A stretch of 64,000 nt of DNA, from the NCBI GenBank assembly GCA_963976765.1, contig CAXBME010000023.1:1-64000 (forward strand), read 5' to 3'. Below, piece after piece: positions 1 to 9,650 of the stretch; the first letter of the stretch is position 1, and each line of letters starts with the position of its first letter. The stretch is from an uncultured Planctomycetaceae bacterium (GTDB lineage: Bacteria; Planctomycetota; Planctomycetia; Planctomycetales; Planctomycetaceae). The notes beneath the pieces were generated by a model that worked only from the letters and a program-made list of their open reading frames with translations, had not been told where the DNA came from and searched no databases. A program made the position numbers and the translations under genes.

Positions 1-315
1 CCCTGAACTCCGACCGACTCAGTCGGCAATTTCCTCAGACCGTTACACGACGCACCCTCTCGACGCACTGCGCTCTACGGGACGACCACGGACGAGCGGT
101 TAACTTCGTCCCCTTAGCCCAACTGGTGAGGTCAGGTTTACCGGGTGTGGCCGACTGTCAAAGCGACGTCTGCTCGTCATTCTTAGCCCAGTGGGGTGTC
201 ACCAGGTTTGCCGAATGACGCGGTTGACGTTTCAACGGCCGCCGGTCAGGAATCCGAAACCTGGCCAGCCTGATGTCCATATCGTACCGGGTGGAAATCG
301 CAACAGCTCGAAAGA

Positions 316-398
316 CGTGTCGGTCGCGTCGCATTCTGACGATCAGGGCGTGTCGGTGGCGTCGCGGAATGGGGCGTTTGACGTGTCGGATCCGTCGC
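316..398 (+). repeat. Three phased direct repeats CGTGTCGG-NNN-CGTCGC, period 33 bp
   Basis: Copies start at 316, 349 and 382 (CGTGTCGGtcgCGTCGC, CGTGTCGGtggCGTCGC, CGTGTCGGatcCGTCGC). Confidence 0.7.
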
Positions 399-750
399 AC
401 TTCTCCGGCTGTGGATAGACGGGCCAACTGGCCGATATCACTCGCGAACTCAGCGGGTCAGAGCGGAATTCGACGTGGGATCAAAGTACTGTTCCCAAAG
501 TACTTGCAAGCAAGATCCAGATTGCCTTTCGATGGGCGGGTGAGATTATCACCAATCCGACCTCGCCAATGCCCAATGAGCTGGCGTTGGCATCCATGCC
601 TCCGCAGGAACAGTACATACGTCGGACGCGATTGCTTCGGTGATTTCCGAAACGCAATTTAGTGACACCGGGCGTTTCGTGATGAGCGAGCAGCTGATGC
701 GCCACTTTCTGCGTCCGGTGTTGTCGACCGAGTCTCAACTGTGCCATCCT

Positions 751-1766
751 TAGAGCGAGTTTCAGATAACTCTAGCGCGATCCGGGAGAGATGAGTAAGC
801 TGGCGAAGTCTTCATGGAGGGACTTTGACATGCAGGCTTACTCGAAGGAATACCGTCGCGATGTGCTGGCGGCTTGCGATGGGGGCGAAGGGACCCAGGC
901 AGTGGCTCTGAGATTCGGCTGCAGCGAGTCGTGGGTCCGTCGCATCAAGCAGGTGCGTCGAGAAGAGCACCGGGTGACGGCGAAGTTGACGCGTCAGCGG
1001 ACTCCGAAATGGGCTCCGCTGGAAGGAGCCATCCGGCAGGCCATCGCGGAGACTCCCGACCTGACGCTGTCTGAGCGGAACTCGGGACGAAGCTGGATGA
1101 ATCAACGCTGTGCCGGGCGTTGAAAGCTCTGCGGTTGACGCTCAAAAAAAAGTCCTGAGAGCTGCGGAACAGGACCGTCCGGATGTCGCCGCTCAGCGAG
1201 CCGCATGGCGGCAGCAGCAGAGAGATTTCGCCCCGGAACATCTGGTGTTTCTGGATGAGACGTGGGGCAAAACCAACATGAACCGGCCACGGGGTCGGTC
1301 TTTGTGCGGCACGCGTCTGCTGGCTTCCGTCCCGCATGGCCACTGGAAGACAACGACGTTTCTGGCGGCCTTGCGAACCAGCGGTCTGACCGCGCCGCTG
1401 GTCGTGGACGGAGCGATCAACGGTGCCGTGTTCCTGGCCTGGGTGCGTCAGCAGCTGGCTCCCACCTTGAAAACAGGAGACGTGGTGATCATGGACAACC
1501 TGCAGGTGCACAAAGTCAGCGGAGTCCGTGAAGCCATCGCCGCCGCAGGTGCCCGGGTGCTGTATCTGCCCCCGTACAGCCCGGACCTGAACCCGATCGA
1601 GAACGCGTTTTCCAAGTTCAAATGGCTGGTGAAAAGCGCTTCGACACGAACCGTCGAAGCCCTCTGGCAATGCTGCGGCCAACTCGTTGAACACTTCGGC
1701 GAAACCGAATGCCGAAACTACATCAGACACTGCGGATACCGCTACAGTTAACTGCAGTACGCTCTA
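751..1766 (+). mobile_element. IS630-family insertion sequence with TA target duplication
   Basis: Left end TAGAGCGAGTTTCAGATAACTCTAGCG (751-777) matches the reverse complement of 1740-1766 (TAGAGCGTACTGCAGTTAACTGTAGCG) at 21/27; TA at both ends; DDE transposase inside. Confidence 0.9.
830..1751 (+). pseudogene. IS630 transposase (orfA HTH plus orfB DDE via -1 frameshift at an A8 run), with an extra frameshift in orfA
   Basis: orfA MQAYSKEYRRDVL...PDLTLSE; the expected continuation AELGTKLDESTLCRALKALRLTLKKK is in another frame from about 1075; A8 run at 1144-1151; orfB has VFLDET, VIMDNL and YLPPYSPDLNPIE motifs. Confidence 0.8.
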
Positions 1767-2230
1767 GCATCGAGTACCGATCGAGCCCATGACGTGTACT
1801 CCCGCCCGAAACGAAGCCATTCTGAATGACCGAATCTTTGGAGCCTGCCCGCCAGGTACCGTTGTCCGAGTGGCTGCCGCGCGAGGTGTAGCTCCAAAGT
1901 ATTCACTGACAAATAGGGCTCCTTCAAATCCGCCGAGTCTTCGTCCTGATTTTCACGGGCAAACGAAATCCGTAACAGCCTGTGGAAATGGGAGCTACTC
2001 AAGCGTCCCGCGTTTGATGCTCTGCAGACCACCATCTGTCAGCATCTGAAATCTCATCCGCGTTGGGAGTAGCCAGCAGACAGTCTTTCGGTACTTGAAA
2101 CCGAGTTCTGTCTCCCACTAACACCGAGCATCGGACGCGAACGACAATGTGGCTTGCGGTATTCGGCCTGCGGAATAGACTGGTGTTTTTTTGTGCAAAC
2201 GACCCACCGGCAATAAACAGGCTCATGTCA

Positions 2231-2257
2231 TATAATGAACGGCCACGGACGTGAGGA
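2231..2257 (+). promoter_or_regulatory. Candidate -10 box and RBS of the defence operon
   Basis: Perfect TATAAT at 2231-2236; GAGGA at 2253-2257 before ATG 2264; no clear -35. Confidence 0.35.
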
Positions 2258-2263
2258 TTACCG

Positions 2264-3550
2264 ATGGATGCGCCGAGCCATGGAAAACATATCATCTCGC
2301 TTGCGAAGTCTCTCAAGCGGTACCGGTCGGCGGATGCGCAGATCGCCGCGTATCTCTACGCGTCAGCAACCGCCGGCCGAGCAGGTCTGCTGGCCGCGGC
2401 ATTGAGGTCGCATGACCTCGAAATCGCTCAAGCAGAAGCACTCGCAAACGGCGAAGGTTTCGCGAAGCCTGAGTTCAAACAAACGATTCTGCCTTGGCTT
2501 GAGTCTTCGGGGCTCTGCCACCTCCGAAAAAGCGGCCAAAACGTCGTCAGCATTAAGAGCATCGTCCTCGGGTACGACAACATTCTCCATGCGGTCGAGC
2601 GACTCTATGCGAATCAGGAGCCCTCGCTGGTCGACCAGGCCTGCGTCGCTCTTCAGAAATTCGTCGCTATGGCGCCGATTCCCGAGTCTGATGCCGTCCA
2701 AAAACTCGCAGTCGATTTCAGCGAACAAGATGCCAACTTGGCAATCACCTTGTCTAAATCGTACAGGCTGGTCGACTATCGCGACGGCAAGGGACTGTCA
2801 GAACCGTTGCTGTACTCTGCCAGTGTCTGGGCAGGCTGCATCGAAAACGCAAGCCGGGCGCTCTCTTCGCTCGATCGGACTGACCGGGAAATCGTTGTTG
2901 AGCTTGTACAGCGTGTCCGTCAGTACCAAGGGATGCCACGGTCCGTGCTCGCCCAGTGGGCAAAAACGCAGAACGTTCAGCACATTATGAAGCTGGCCGT
3001 CAGCGTCCGTTTGATCCACGAAACACAGATCGAAATGGCGGGAGGAAAGGTCAGGACGTTCCTGACAACGCCTCATTTTTACGAAGACATCGCAACTGAG
3101 CATGGGCAGGACGTCTGCGACCGCATCAAGATCTTCCTCGATTCCGTCAGAAACGGTCAACACTTTGCTGACTCCGCAACCGGCAGTATTTTCTCGCCCG
3201 AACGCCTGCTCAATGCACTCTTAACGAAAGGACGCATTGGCCCATGTACTGCCATCGGCACAGATTATGTTACGTCCGAAAAAGCTGGAATTGTTTCCGT
3301 CCAACGTGCCTACCAGGGATCAGACCGCTGCTTCATGAATCTCGTTCAGCGCGATACCGTGCAAAAAGTATATGACGTAATCACTACAGGGTCGATCGCC
3401 ACTGACCTGAAATCAATGTCCGCCTCACATGTAAGGGAGGGAAAGGCATTTCGATCGATTGAAGAATGCATTCCGGAGGTCGGTGACGTGCCTGAAGATG
3501 TTGCAGAAGCTGAGCGGGCAATCATTCTCAAGCTACGCGAAGGCTTCTAG
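2264..3550 (+). CDS. Hypothetical protein (428 aa), possibly tandem winged-helix domains; first gene of the putative defence operon
   Basis: Long ORF with RBS; no catalytic motif recognised; repeated helix plus L...G(L/I)V beta-wing-like segments; 26 nt upstream of the next gene. Confidence 0.8.
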   Translation: MDAPSHGKHIISLAKSLKRYRSADAQIAAYLYASATAGRAGLLAAALRSHDLEIAQAEALANGEGFAKPEFKQTILPWLESSGLCHLRKSGQNVVSIKSIVLGYDNILHAVERLYANQEPSLVDQACVALQKFVAMAPIPESDAVQKLAVDFSEQDANLAITLSKSYRLVDYRDGKGLSEPLLYSASVWAGCIENASRALSSLDRTDREIVVELVQRVRQYQGMPRSVLAQWAKTQNVQHIMKLAVSVRLIHETQIEMAGGKVRTFLTTPHFYEDIATEHGQDVCDRIKIFLDSVRNGQHFADSATGSIFSPERLLNALLTKGRIGPCTAIGTDYVTSEKAGIVSVQRAYQGSDRCFMNLVQRDTVQKVYDVITTGSIATDLKSMSASHVREGKAFRSIEECIPEVGDVPEDVAEAERAIILKLREGF

Positions 3551-3576
3551 ATATTCAGTGAAAAGATCGGATTGCT

Positions 3577-4710
3577 ATGTCTCGGATACCCGAGGGAACA
3601 CACTTGGAAGCCCGCATCCAACGCATGTCATTCGCACAAGCGGTTTTTGCGGAACGCGGACTCTTACCAGCTGCGTCCAGCGACTATCGAATGGTTGCCA
3701 CTGACATTGATGTTCTCACGTGGGAATATCACACCGATTTTCACGTGACTCAGGGGCACTACGAGTGCAAAGGGGGAAAGGTCCAAGTACTCGACCGCGT
3801 AATGTGGCTCGTTGGAGTGCGGATGCTCTTGGACGCTGATGCGTCATATCTCGTTTCGGCAAAATCAGACCGTGAGATTGTGCAGTTCGCCCGGGATCTG
3901 CACGTTGACGTTCTGAGTATCGACAACATTGACTCAGTGGAAGGGCAAATTGGTATTCAAGACAACCAGTGGCTCGCTCGAAGCAATTACCCAGTATTCG
4001 ACAAAGCGAAGTCTGCTTGGCGCGATCGCTATCAGGAGAAGAACCCTTCAGACGAATGGAAGACACTCAAATCTGCGATTCAGATGATCGAGATCGACAG
4101 TTGGAGATTGCTTAGCTACGGAGCCTTCAATCGGTTGATTCGGACAATCGAAGCACTCAGTACGTTGACGCGTGAAGCTACCGAAGATTCGGCTCGCATT
4201 TGTGCGCGTTACGCTTTGGGCGCCGCAATCGTCAGATTCACGCAGTACTTGCTTTGGATAGCACGTGATATTTCGACAATGCAGCCCGGCGACTTCGAGG
4301 ACTATCTCTCCCAGAAACTCATCTTCGGAAATAACAACCCTGACCAGGCAGTCGGGTTGATCGAATCAACTCTTCATCTGGTGGACGAGTCGTTAAAGGC
4401 GACTGCGACGCCGAAATCCCACGGTGTCGATGTGGCCCGTTTGACGAATCCGCCGGCCTGCTGTTCGGATCTCGTTAAGCTGCTGCGCGAACTCCTGAGC
4501 CATCGCAACAGCGCGCGATTTCTTCCATTAGCGATGGAATTCAAGCTATTCGGCTCGCAATCACAACTGGATGCTTTCGAATCACTTAAACTCGTCTGTG
4601 GTCTTGGTGAGGATTCGACGGCAATGGTCTGCGGATTTCTGATTCGTTCTCTCGGGGTTGACAGTTCCATGCTTGAGTCGTGTCTCAGCGTCTTGGAATC
4701 CAAGGCCTAA
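3577..4710 (+). CDS. PD-(D/E)XK restriction endonuclease-like (Mrr-like) protein with a helical C-terminus
   Basis: N-terminal LEARIQR...TDIDVL...YECKGG pattern (E, D, ExK) followed by LDRVMWLVG. Confidence 0.7.
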   Translation: MSRIPEGTHLEARIQRMSFAQAVFAERGLLPAASSDYRMVATDIDVLTWEYHTDFHVTQGHYECKGGKVQVLDRVMWLVGVRMLLDADASYLVSAKSDREIVQFARDLHVDVLSIDNIDSVEGQIGIQDNQWLARSNYPVFDKAKSAWRDRYQEKNPSDEWKTLKSAIQMIEIDSWRLLSYGAFNRLIRTIEALSTLTREATEDSARICARYALGAAIVRFTQYLLWIARDISTMQPGDFEDYLSQKLIFGNNNPDQAVGLIESTLHLVDESLKATATPKSHGVDVARLTNPPACCSDLVKLLRELLSHRNSARFLPLAMEFKLFGSQSQLDAFESLKLVCGLGEDSTAMVCGFLIRSLGVDSSMLESCLSVLESKA

Positions 4711-4723
4711 CTGTGGTGCCGTG

Positions 4724-6487
4724 ATGGATACTGAACAATTCCTGCGACTGTTTCCCATGCGAGGGGCCAATCTCATGTGGCTGCTCGGCGCTGGATGTTC
4801 CGTGTCTGCCGGAATCCCTACCGCAGGCGACATGATCTGGGACTTCAAACGTCTGCTGTATTGCTCTGAGAATAGACTACCCATCCAACGCGTGCCGCAA
4901 CTGACTGATACTAGGTTTCGTGACCAACTTAACGCGTTCTGTGATGCCAAGAGCACATTTCCACAACCCGGATCTGAAGCAGAGTATTCATTCTATTTTG
5001 AAGAAACGTATCCGGACGAAAGAGAACGTCGAAAGTACATCGACCACTCAGTGGCAGGTCGTCGGCCAGCGTTTGGGCATATGGCGCTCGCAACATTGGT
5101 TCGATTGGAGATGGTATCGAAGATCTGGACAACGAATTTCGATCGGCTAATCGAAGATGCACTGGTCAGCGTGCTTGGAAGCACTGACTCATTCTCGGTC
5201 GCAGCACTCGACAATGCACGACAGGCACATGAGGCGCTCGTCGATGGCGAGCGGCCGCTTCTGGTCAAGTTGCACGGAGACTTTCTGTCTCGAAAGCTAA
5301 AGAATACGTCTGGCGAACTCGTCAATCAGGACGCGGAATTCAGAGATTGTCTCACTGAAGAGCTCGTACGTTCCGGGCTGGTTGTAGCTGGATACAGCGG
5401 TCGTGATGAATCTGTCATGCAGACGTTGGAGGAAGCAATTAGCCGATTTGGCCCTCGGGCTTTCCCAGCTGGGCTGTTCTGGTTTCATCGCCACGGCGGT
5501 GTTGCGCCCCGAGTAAACGACTTGATGCAAAGGGCTGCTGATGCAGGAATCGAGGCACGATTGCTTGAGTACCACACTTTTGACGAACTACTGAGAGATG
5601 TTCTCGGAATGGTCCCGAAGGTGCCTGATGAAATGGTGGCACAGCTGGCAGGCGACCGGAGGCGACTTCTAAGTGTCACAGTTCCCGATCCGGGGACCGG
5701 CTGGCCCGTCATTCGATTCAACGCTTTGCCGGTCACTGAGTTTCCAAGCGTATGCCGACGAGTTGACTGCGAAATCGGCAATACAAAAGAAGTACGTGAG
5801 ACAATTCAGCAGACGAAAGCAGATGTAATCGGCGCGCGGCGTCAGAATGGAGTTCTGTGTTTTGGTGCCGATTCGGAAGTCAGAAAGGCATTCGCGGACC
5901 GATCCATCCGTGATTTTGACGTCCATCCAATTACGGTCCACCGCTTGGAACGTGAAACCGCCGAACTTGGACTCCTGAATGACGCTTTCGCCAAAGCGGT
6001 TCGAAGGGAATGCCCCTTTGAAGCGTTTCCCTCTCGTTCTGGTTGGACACTCGTCGTCGATCCGGAGCGGCTCAGTCACCCATCGTTATCGCAACTGAAG
6101 CGGTTTGACGGTGGAATTGCCGGCCCCGTACCAGACACCTCGGCTAGGTGGAGAGAAGCCGCCCGAATCCGGCTGGAACTCCGACTGGATCGTATGTGGC
6201 TCCTTCTAGAGCCTACAACTTGGATAGACTTCGAAGAAATGAAAGGGGCTCGCGACGACGAACAGAAGCAAGACCCTGAAGTCAGTGCGGCGATTCGTGA
6301 ACTGATCAGAGAGAGAGCCGCCAGTTGTTTCAACTGGCGGCTCAATAATCGGATCGATGGATGGGTCTCTGCAATCGTTGGGCCGCTTCAATCACGGAAG
6401 CTCTCGACGTTTGGAATTGGTGATGGGATTGATGCGTCATTCGTTGTCCTCCGAACGACAGCCTTTTCTCGGAGCATCGCAAGATGA
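4724..6487 (+). CDS. SIR2-APAZ NADase effector of a short Argonaute system
   Basis: SIR2 motifs LLGAGCSVSAGIP, TTNFD, KLHGDF and GYSGRD; APAZ region begins PVIRFNALPV; ATGA overlap with the pAgo gene. Confidence 0.92.
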   Translation: MDTEQFLRLFPMRGANLMWLLGAGCSVSAGIPTAGDMIWDFKRLLYCSENRLPIQRVPQLTDTRFRDQLNAFCDAKSTFPQPGSEAEYSFYFEETYPDERERRKYIDHSVAGRRPAFGHMALATLVRLEMVSKIWTTNFDRLIEDALVSVLGSTDSFSVAALDNARQAHEALVDGERPLLVKLHGDFLSRKLKNTSGELVNQDAEFRDCLTEELVRSGLVVAGYSGRDESVMQTLEEAISRFGPRAFPAGLFWFHRHGGVAPRVNDLMQRAADAGIEARLLEYHTFDELLRDVLGMVPKVPDEMVAQLAGDRRRLLSVTVPDPGTGWPVIRFNALPVTEFPSVCRRVDCEIGNTKEVRETIQQTKADVIGARRQNGVLCFGADSEVRKAFADRSIRDFDVHPITVHRLERETAELGLLNDAFAKAVRRECPFEAFPSRSGWTLVVDPERLSHPSLSQLKRFDGGIAGPVPDTSARWREAARIRLELRLDRMWLLLEPTTWIDFEEMKGARDDEQKQDPEVSAAIRELIRERAASCFNWRLNNRIDGWVSAIVGPLQSRKLSTFGIGDGIDASFVVLRTTAFSRSIAR

Positions 6488-7932
6488 CGCTTGGTTTGCC
6501 GCGACCGTACGAATTGCCAGGGCACGCACTCATCGCTGAGCCAAGGTTGAAATTTCATCCGCAGCGCGAAGAAGACAGCGACACACACACCTTACGTGGA
6601 CTATCGCGTTTTGGCCCATATAGCCGTGGTGTCGTTGGCAGTGTCATGGATCCCATTCGGATTGGAATTATTGGACCGCCTGAATCCGAACATCGTATCA
6701 AGCAACTATTAAAGGAGTTGGAGCACCGTCACCAACCTCGGGAAAGAAGCCGTTATCTCGTCGATTTTAATGGGTTCTCGGCGACATTCGGCAGTCGTGT
6801 TGTGGCTGACGGCCCAAGACTCTCCCTGTCTAGTGACCTGGACAACGTACTCGCAAATGATCCAGCGACCGGCCGTGTCAAACTGGCGGAACAAGCAACG
6901 GGAGCAATCAACGCTGCCCGAGCTGTGAGAACTGAGTTTGACGTCTTGTTCTTCTACGTCCCGGAAAGGTGGGAATCATATTGCTGGCCAAGTGAAAACG
7001 ATGATTTCAACTTTCATGACCTTGTCAAAACGCACGCCGCGTCGGTTGGAATTCCCACACAGGTTGTACGTGAAACGAGTGCGTTCTCGTATCGCGACCG
7101 CTGCAGCGTAATGTGGCGACTCAGTATCGCTCTTTATGCGAAGGCTGGTGGTATCCCTTGGAAATTGCTCGGTATGGATCCAGACACGCTATTCGTTGGC
7201 CTCGGTTACGCGGTTCGGTACGGTGAAGACCACAAACCGCAATTTCTAACGACCTGCAGTCAGGTCTTTGATTTCGATGGGACAGGTCTAGAGTTTATTG
7301 CCTATGAAACAGAGGACTTAATGGTTGATCGGGCAAAGAACCCTTTTTTGAGCCGCGCAGACATGCATCGGGTGATGGCTAGAAGTCTTGATCTATACCA
7401 TCACCGGCACGGCGGCCGCCCGCCGACTCGCGTTGTGGTGCATAAGAAGAATCAATTTACGGACAGCGAAATGGATGGCTGTTTCGAGGCCTTTCGTTCT
7501 GTTGAATCCGTTGAACTTGTTCAGATCCAGGAAGACACAAGCTGGCGAGGAATCCATCTCGACCCTCCAAAGCATGGAAGTACCAGCAAATCCCAGCCGG
7601 GATACGCATGTCGTCGAGGAAGCTGCATGCTTCTGAGTGGCACTGAAGCGTTGCTTTGGACTCAAGGGAACGCGAAGCAGTCAACGGGGAACGACTTCTT
7701 CAAGGAAATGAAAGGCACCCCCAAACCGCTATTGATCCGCCGTTTCGCGGCAGATCAGTCGATGGTGCATACGTGCCGTGCGATTCTGTCGTTGACGAAG
7801 ATGGATTGGAACAACGACGCCCTCTATGACAGATTGCCTGTCACGATCACATTTGCGAGCGATTTGGCAGTCACGTTCAAACGTATGCCTGAGATGTCGT
7901 CGAAGCCGTACTCCTTTCGTTTGTTTATCTAG
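6484..7932 (+). CDS. ago: Short prokaryotic Argonaute (MID-PIWI, catalytically inactive)
   Basis: 482 aa; K...GIPTQ MID motif, YAKAGGIPWKL, FVGLGYA, CSQVFD, VVVHK, LTKMDWNN..LY.RLPVT; no DEDX tetrad. Confidence 0.93.
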   Translation: MTLGLPRPYELPGHALIAEPRLKFHPQREEDSDTHTLRGLSRFGPYSRGVVGSVMDPIRIGIIGPPESEHRIKQLLKELEHRHQPRERSRYLVDFNGFSATFGSRVVADGPRLSLSSDLDNVLANDPATGRVKLAEQATGAINAARAVRTEFDVLFFYVPERWESYCWPSENDDFNFHDLVKTHAASVGIPTQVVRETSAFSYRDRCSVMWRLSIALYAKAGGIPWKLLGMDPDTLFVGLGYAVRYGEDHKPQFLTTCSQVFDFDGTGLEFIAYETEDLMVDRAKNPFLSRADMHRVMARSLDLYHHRHGGRPPTRVVVHKKNQFTDSEMDGCFEAFRSVESVELVQIQEDTSWRGIHLDPPKHGSTSKSQPGYACRRGSCMLLSGTEALLWTQGNAKQSTGNDFFKEMKGTPKPLLIRRFAADQSMVHTCRAILSLTKMDWNNDALYDRLPVTITFASDLAVTFKRMPEMSSKPYSFRLFI

Positions 7933-7945
7933 ATATAGACGGCGG

Positions 7946-9433
7946 TCAAAAAACGTAGCGTTGGGCGGATGTCCCCCAACTCGCGGGCCACGACCGGGGC
8001 TGCCGAAAACGCATCGTGCGCGCTGCGGATTCTGTCTCCTGCGTCAGTTGAGCCGACGATGTTAACCGCCCAGCTCGACAACGATCGACGTGGTTTGGGT
8101 GTCGCAGTTGGATGCGGAGCTGAAATCGGCCGGGAGCATTTTGTCTGGCGATGTCGTCCGACTGACCGGCGGCCGAGAAGCACGCGGCGAATTCAGAACA
8201 GAGCGAATCGGCCAGCGGTAAGTTGCCCGTTGCAGCGGGAGCCGACTGAAATGGCCGTGCTGGCGACTTCTGAGAACTCTCTCGTCGCCGGGCAATTCGT
8301 TCCTGTCGCCTGAGATCGTGCCACCAGTCTGGGGGCGTTCGTGCTCCTGTGGCGGCGTGTTTTACGTTGTCGACGAAATACGCCATTGGAGTCTTCCGAA
8401 TGATTCTGCGCTCGATGGCGGCCAGCGTGATGTCGGTCCATTCGCGCAGCACGGGAACGGAGTAGTCACGCAGCAATCGTCGGATTGCGGGTTCATCGAA
8501 TCCGATCGTCCTTAACGGATCAGCGAGCGGTGATTCTGAATTGCGCAGGGCAGTGCTGGTTTTCATCGTGTTTCGAAAGTAGTCGCCACGGTGTAGTCGC
8601 AGCGTGTACTGGCCGACTCCGATTCTCTCATAATCAGGCTCCAGTGCGCAAGCAGTCACCACCTGCAACTCCGCGAGTTTCCGGACGCAGCGGGTCAGTT
8701 TTCGCTTCAGGTCTCGTGTTGACACCGTTGGAGCAAATCCCATCACCGAGACGCACAGTTGTCGCACGTCAAACTGTTGAGTTGACCGGCGGCGGCGAAA
8801 GATCTTCGTCAGCAGCAGGAACAGCCGGCGACTGGCCGGATCGAGTTGACGGTACGTCGGCAGGTCGAAGGGAAGATGACCTCCCACCGGCCGCACCAGC
8901 TCCAGAAAGACCGGATCCCAGACAAACCGCCAGGCCCGTCCCGAGCGATCGTCGAGCGGCAGGCTGTAGCTCAGAAAGTGGAACCCGACCCGGCGGTGCT
9001 CACGACGAATCGGGTCATAAAACGCATCGCAGTGATACGACACCGACGACAGTCGTTCGAGAGCTTCCGCAAACTGCCGGTACTGCCGCCCTCCACGCCG
9101 CTGGCGTTGATCAATCAGGCCGAGTTGTCGGAGGCAGTAGTGTGGTGTGGCATGAAACTCGCCATCTGGCTCCGGCTGATCCAGTGTCAGGGCGAGCAGA
9201 CCCCAGAGGTAGAACTCATCGTTGGGAAGCAACCCTGTTGGACAGGTCACTCTCGCCTGCGCCGATCGGACGCGACGGCGATGCTGATCGAAATACCGAT
9301 AGTCACACTCATGAATCAGCCCGCCGGAACCCGGCGATACAGTCTGCAGCGGACACAGGGCGTGTTCGGCCAGCGTCAGTTGACTGATGCCGCAGTGTCT
9401 CGATTGCCTTTCCGTTTTTCTGCCGTGTGCCAT
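7946..9433 (-). CDS. repA: Plasmid replication initiator protein A (RepA-like); C-terminal tail uncertain
   Basis: LAEHALCPL, GLLPNDEFYLWGLL, YRQLDPASRRLFLLL; divergent from parAB; start taken at ATG 9433. Confidence 0.65.
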   Translation of the reverse strand: MAHGRKTERQSRHCGISQLTLAEHALCPLQTVSPGSGGLIHECDYRYFDQHRRRVRSAQARVTCPTGLLPNDEFYLWGLLALTLDQPEPDGEFHATPHYCLRQLGLIDQRQRRGGRQYRQFAEALERLSSVSYHCDAFYDPIRREHRRVGFHFLSYSLPLDDRSGRAWRFVWDPVFLELVRPVGGHLPFDLPTYRQLDPASRRLFLLLTKIFRRRRSTQQFDVRQLCVSVMGFAPTVSTRDLKRKLTRCVRKLAELQVVTACALEPDYERIGVGQYTLRLHRGDYFRNTMKTSTALRNSESPLADPLRTIGFDEPAIRRLLRDYSVPVLREWTDITLAAIERRIIRKTPMAYFVDNVKHAATGARTPPDWWHDLRRQERIARRRESSQKSPARPFQSAPAATGNLPLADSLCSEFAACFSAAGQSDDIARQNAPGRFQLRIQLRHPNHVDRCRAGRLTSSAQLTQETESAARTMRFRQPRSWPASWGTSAQRYVF

Positions 9434-9520
9434 TCGCTCCGTAAGTTGCCGGGATTCCTCTGCTCTTTCGCTACCACGAAATTCTCTCAGGCGACAGCTC
9501 AACTTTTAGTCTCGGCAACC

Positions 9521-9624
9521 TGCCACAATTTGTTTGACGACCTTCACCGGGTTGTGGCACGTTAATCCCAGAGATGCCGGGACGTTGCCCGGAATTGCCA
9601 GTGGCAATTCCACACAGAGTGGCA
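9521..9624. promoter_or_regulatory. Palindrome/GTGGCA motif cluster between repA and parA (candidate operator, parS or origin)
   Basis: Perfect inverted repeat GGAATTGCCA-G-TGGCAATTCC at 9591-9611; TGCCACAA (9521) and TTGTGGCA (9552) are inverted; further GTGGCA at 9619. Confidence 0.5.
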
Positions 9625-9650
9625 TTCGTCAATTTCAACCAGCGAGGTGT

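Noticed and set aside
316..398. Mini CRISPR array
   Set aside because: Repeats (17 nt, variable centre) and spacers (16 nt) are too short; kept only as iteron-like repeats
1..750. Second att site or a real gene at the left edge
   Set aside because: No copy of the tRNA-Gln 3' end found; the ORFs are short with no recognisable motifs
4658..4723. Longer N-terminus of SIR2-APAZ from the ORF track
   Set aside because: Overlaps the upstream gene; SIR2-like sequence begins at ATG 4724
6484..7932. Active slicer or long Argonaute
   Set aside because: No N/PAZ domains, and the catalytic tetrad positions are substituted (GLG, VHK)
8485..9565. Long plus-strand ORFs opposite repA (and similar antisense ORFs over lhr, VWA and groEL)
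   Set aside because: Shadow ORFs expected in GC-rich DNA; motifs support the opposite strand
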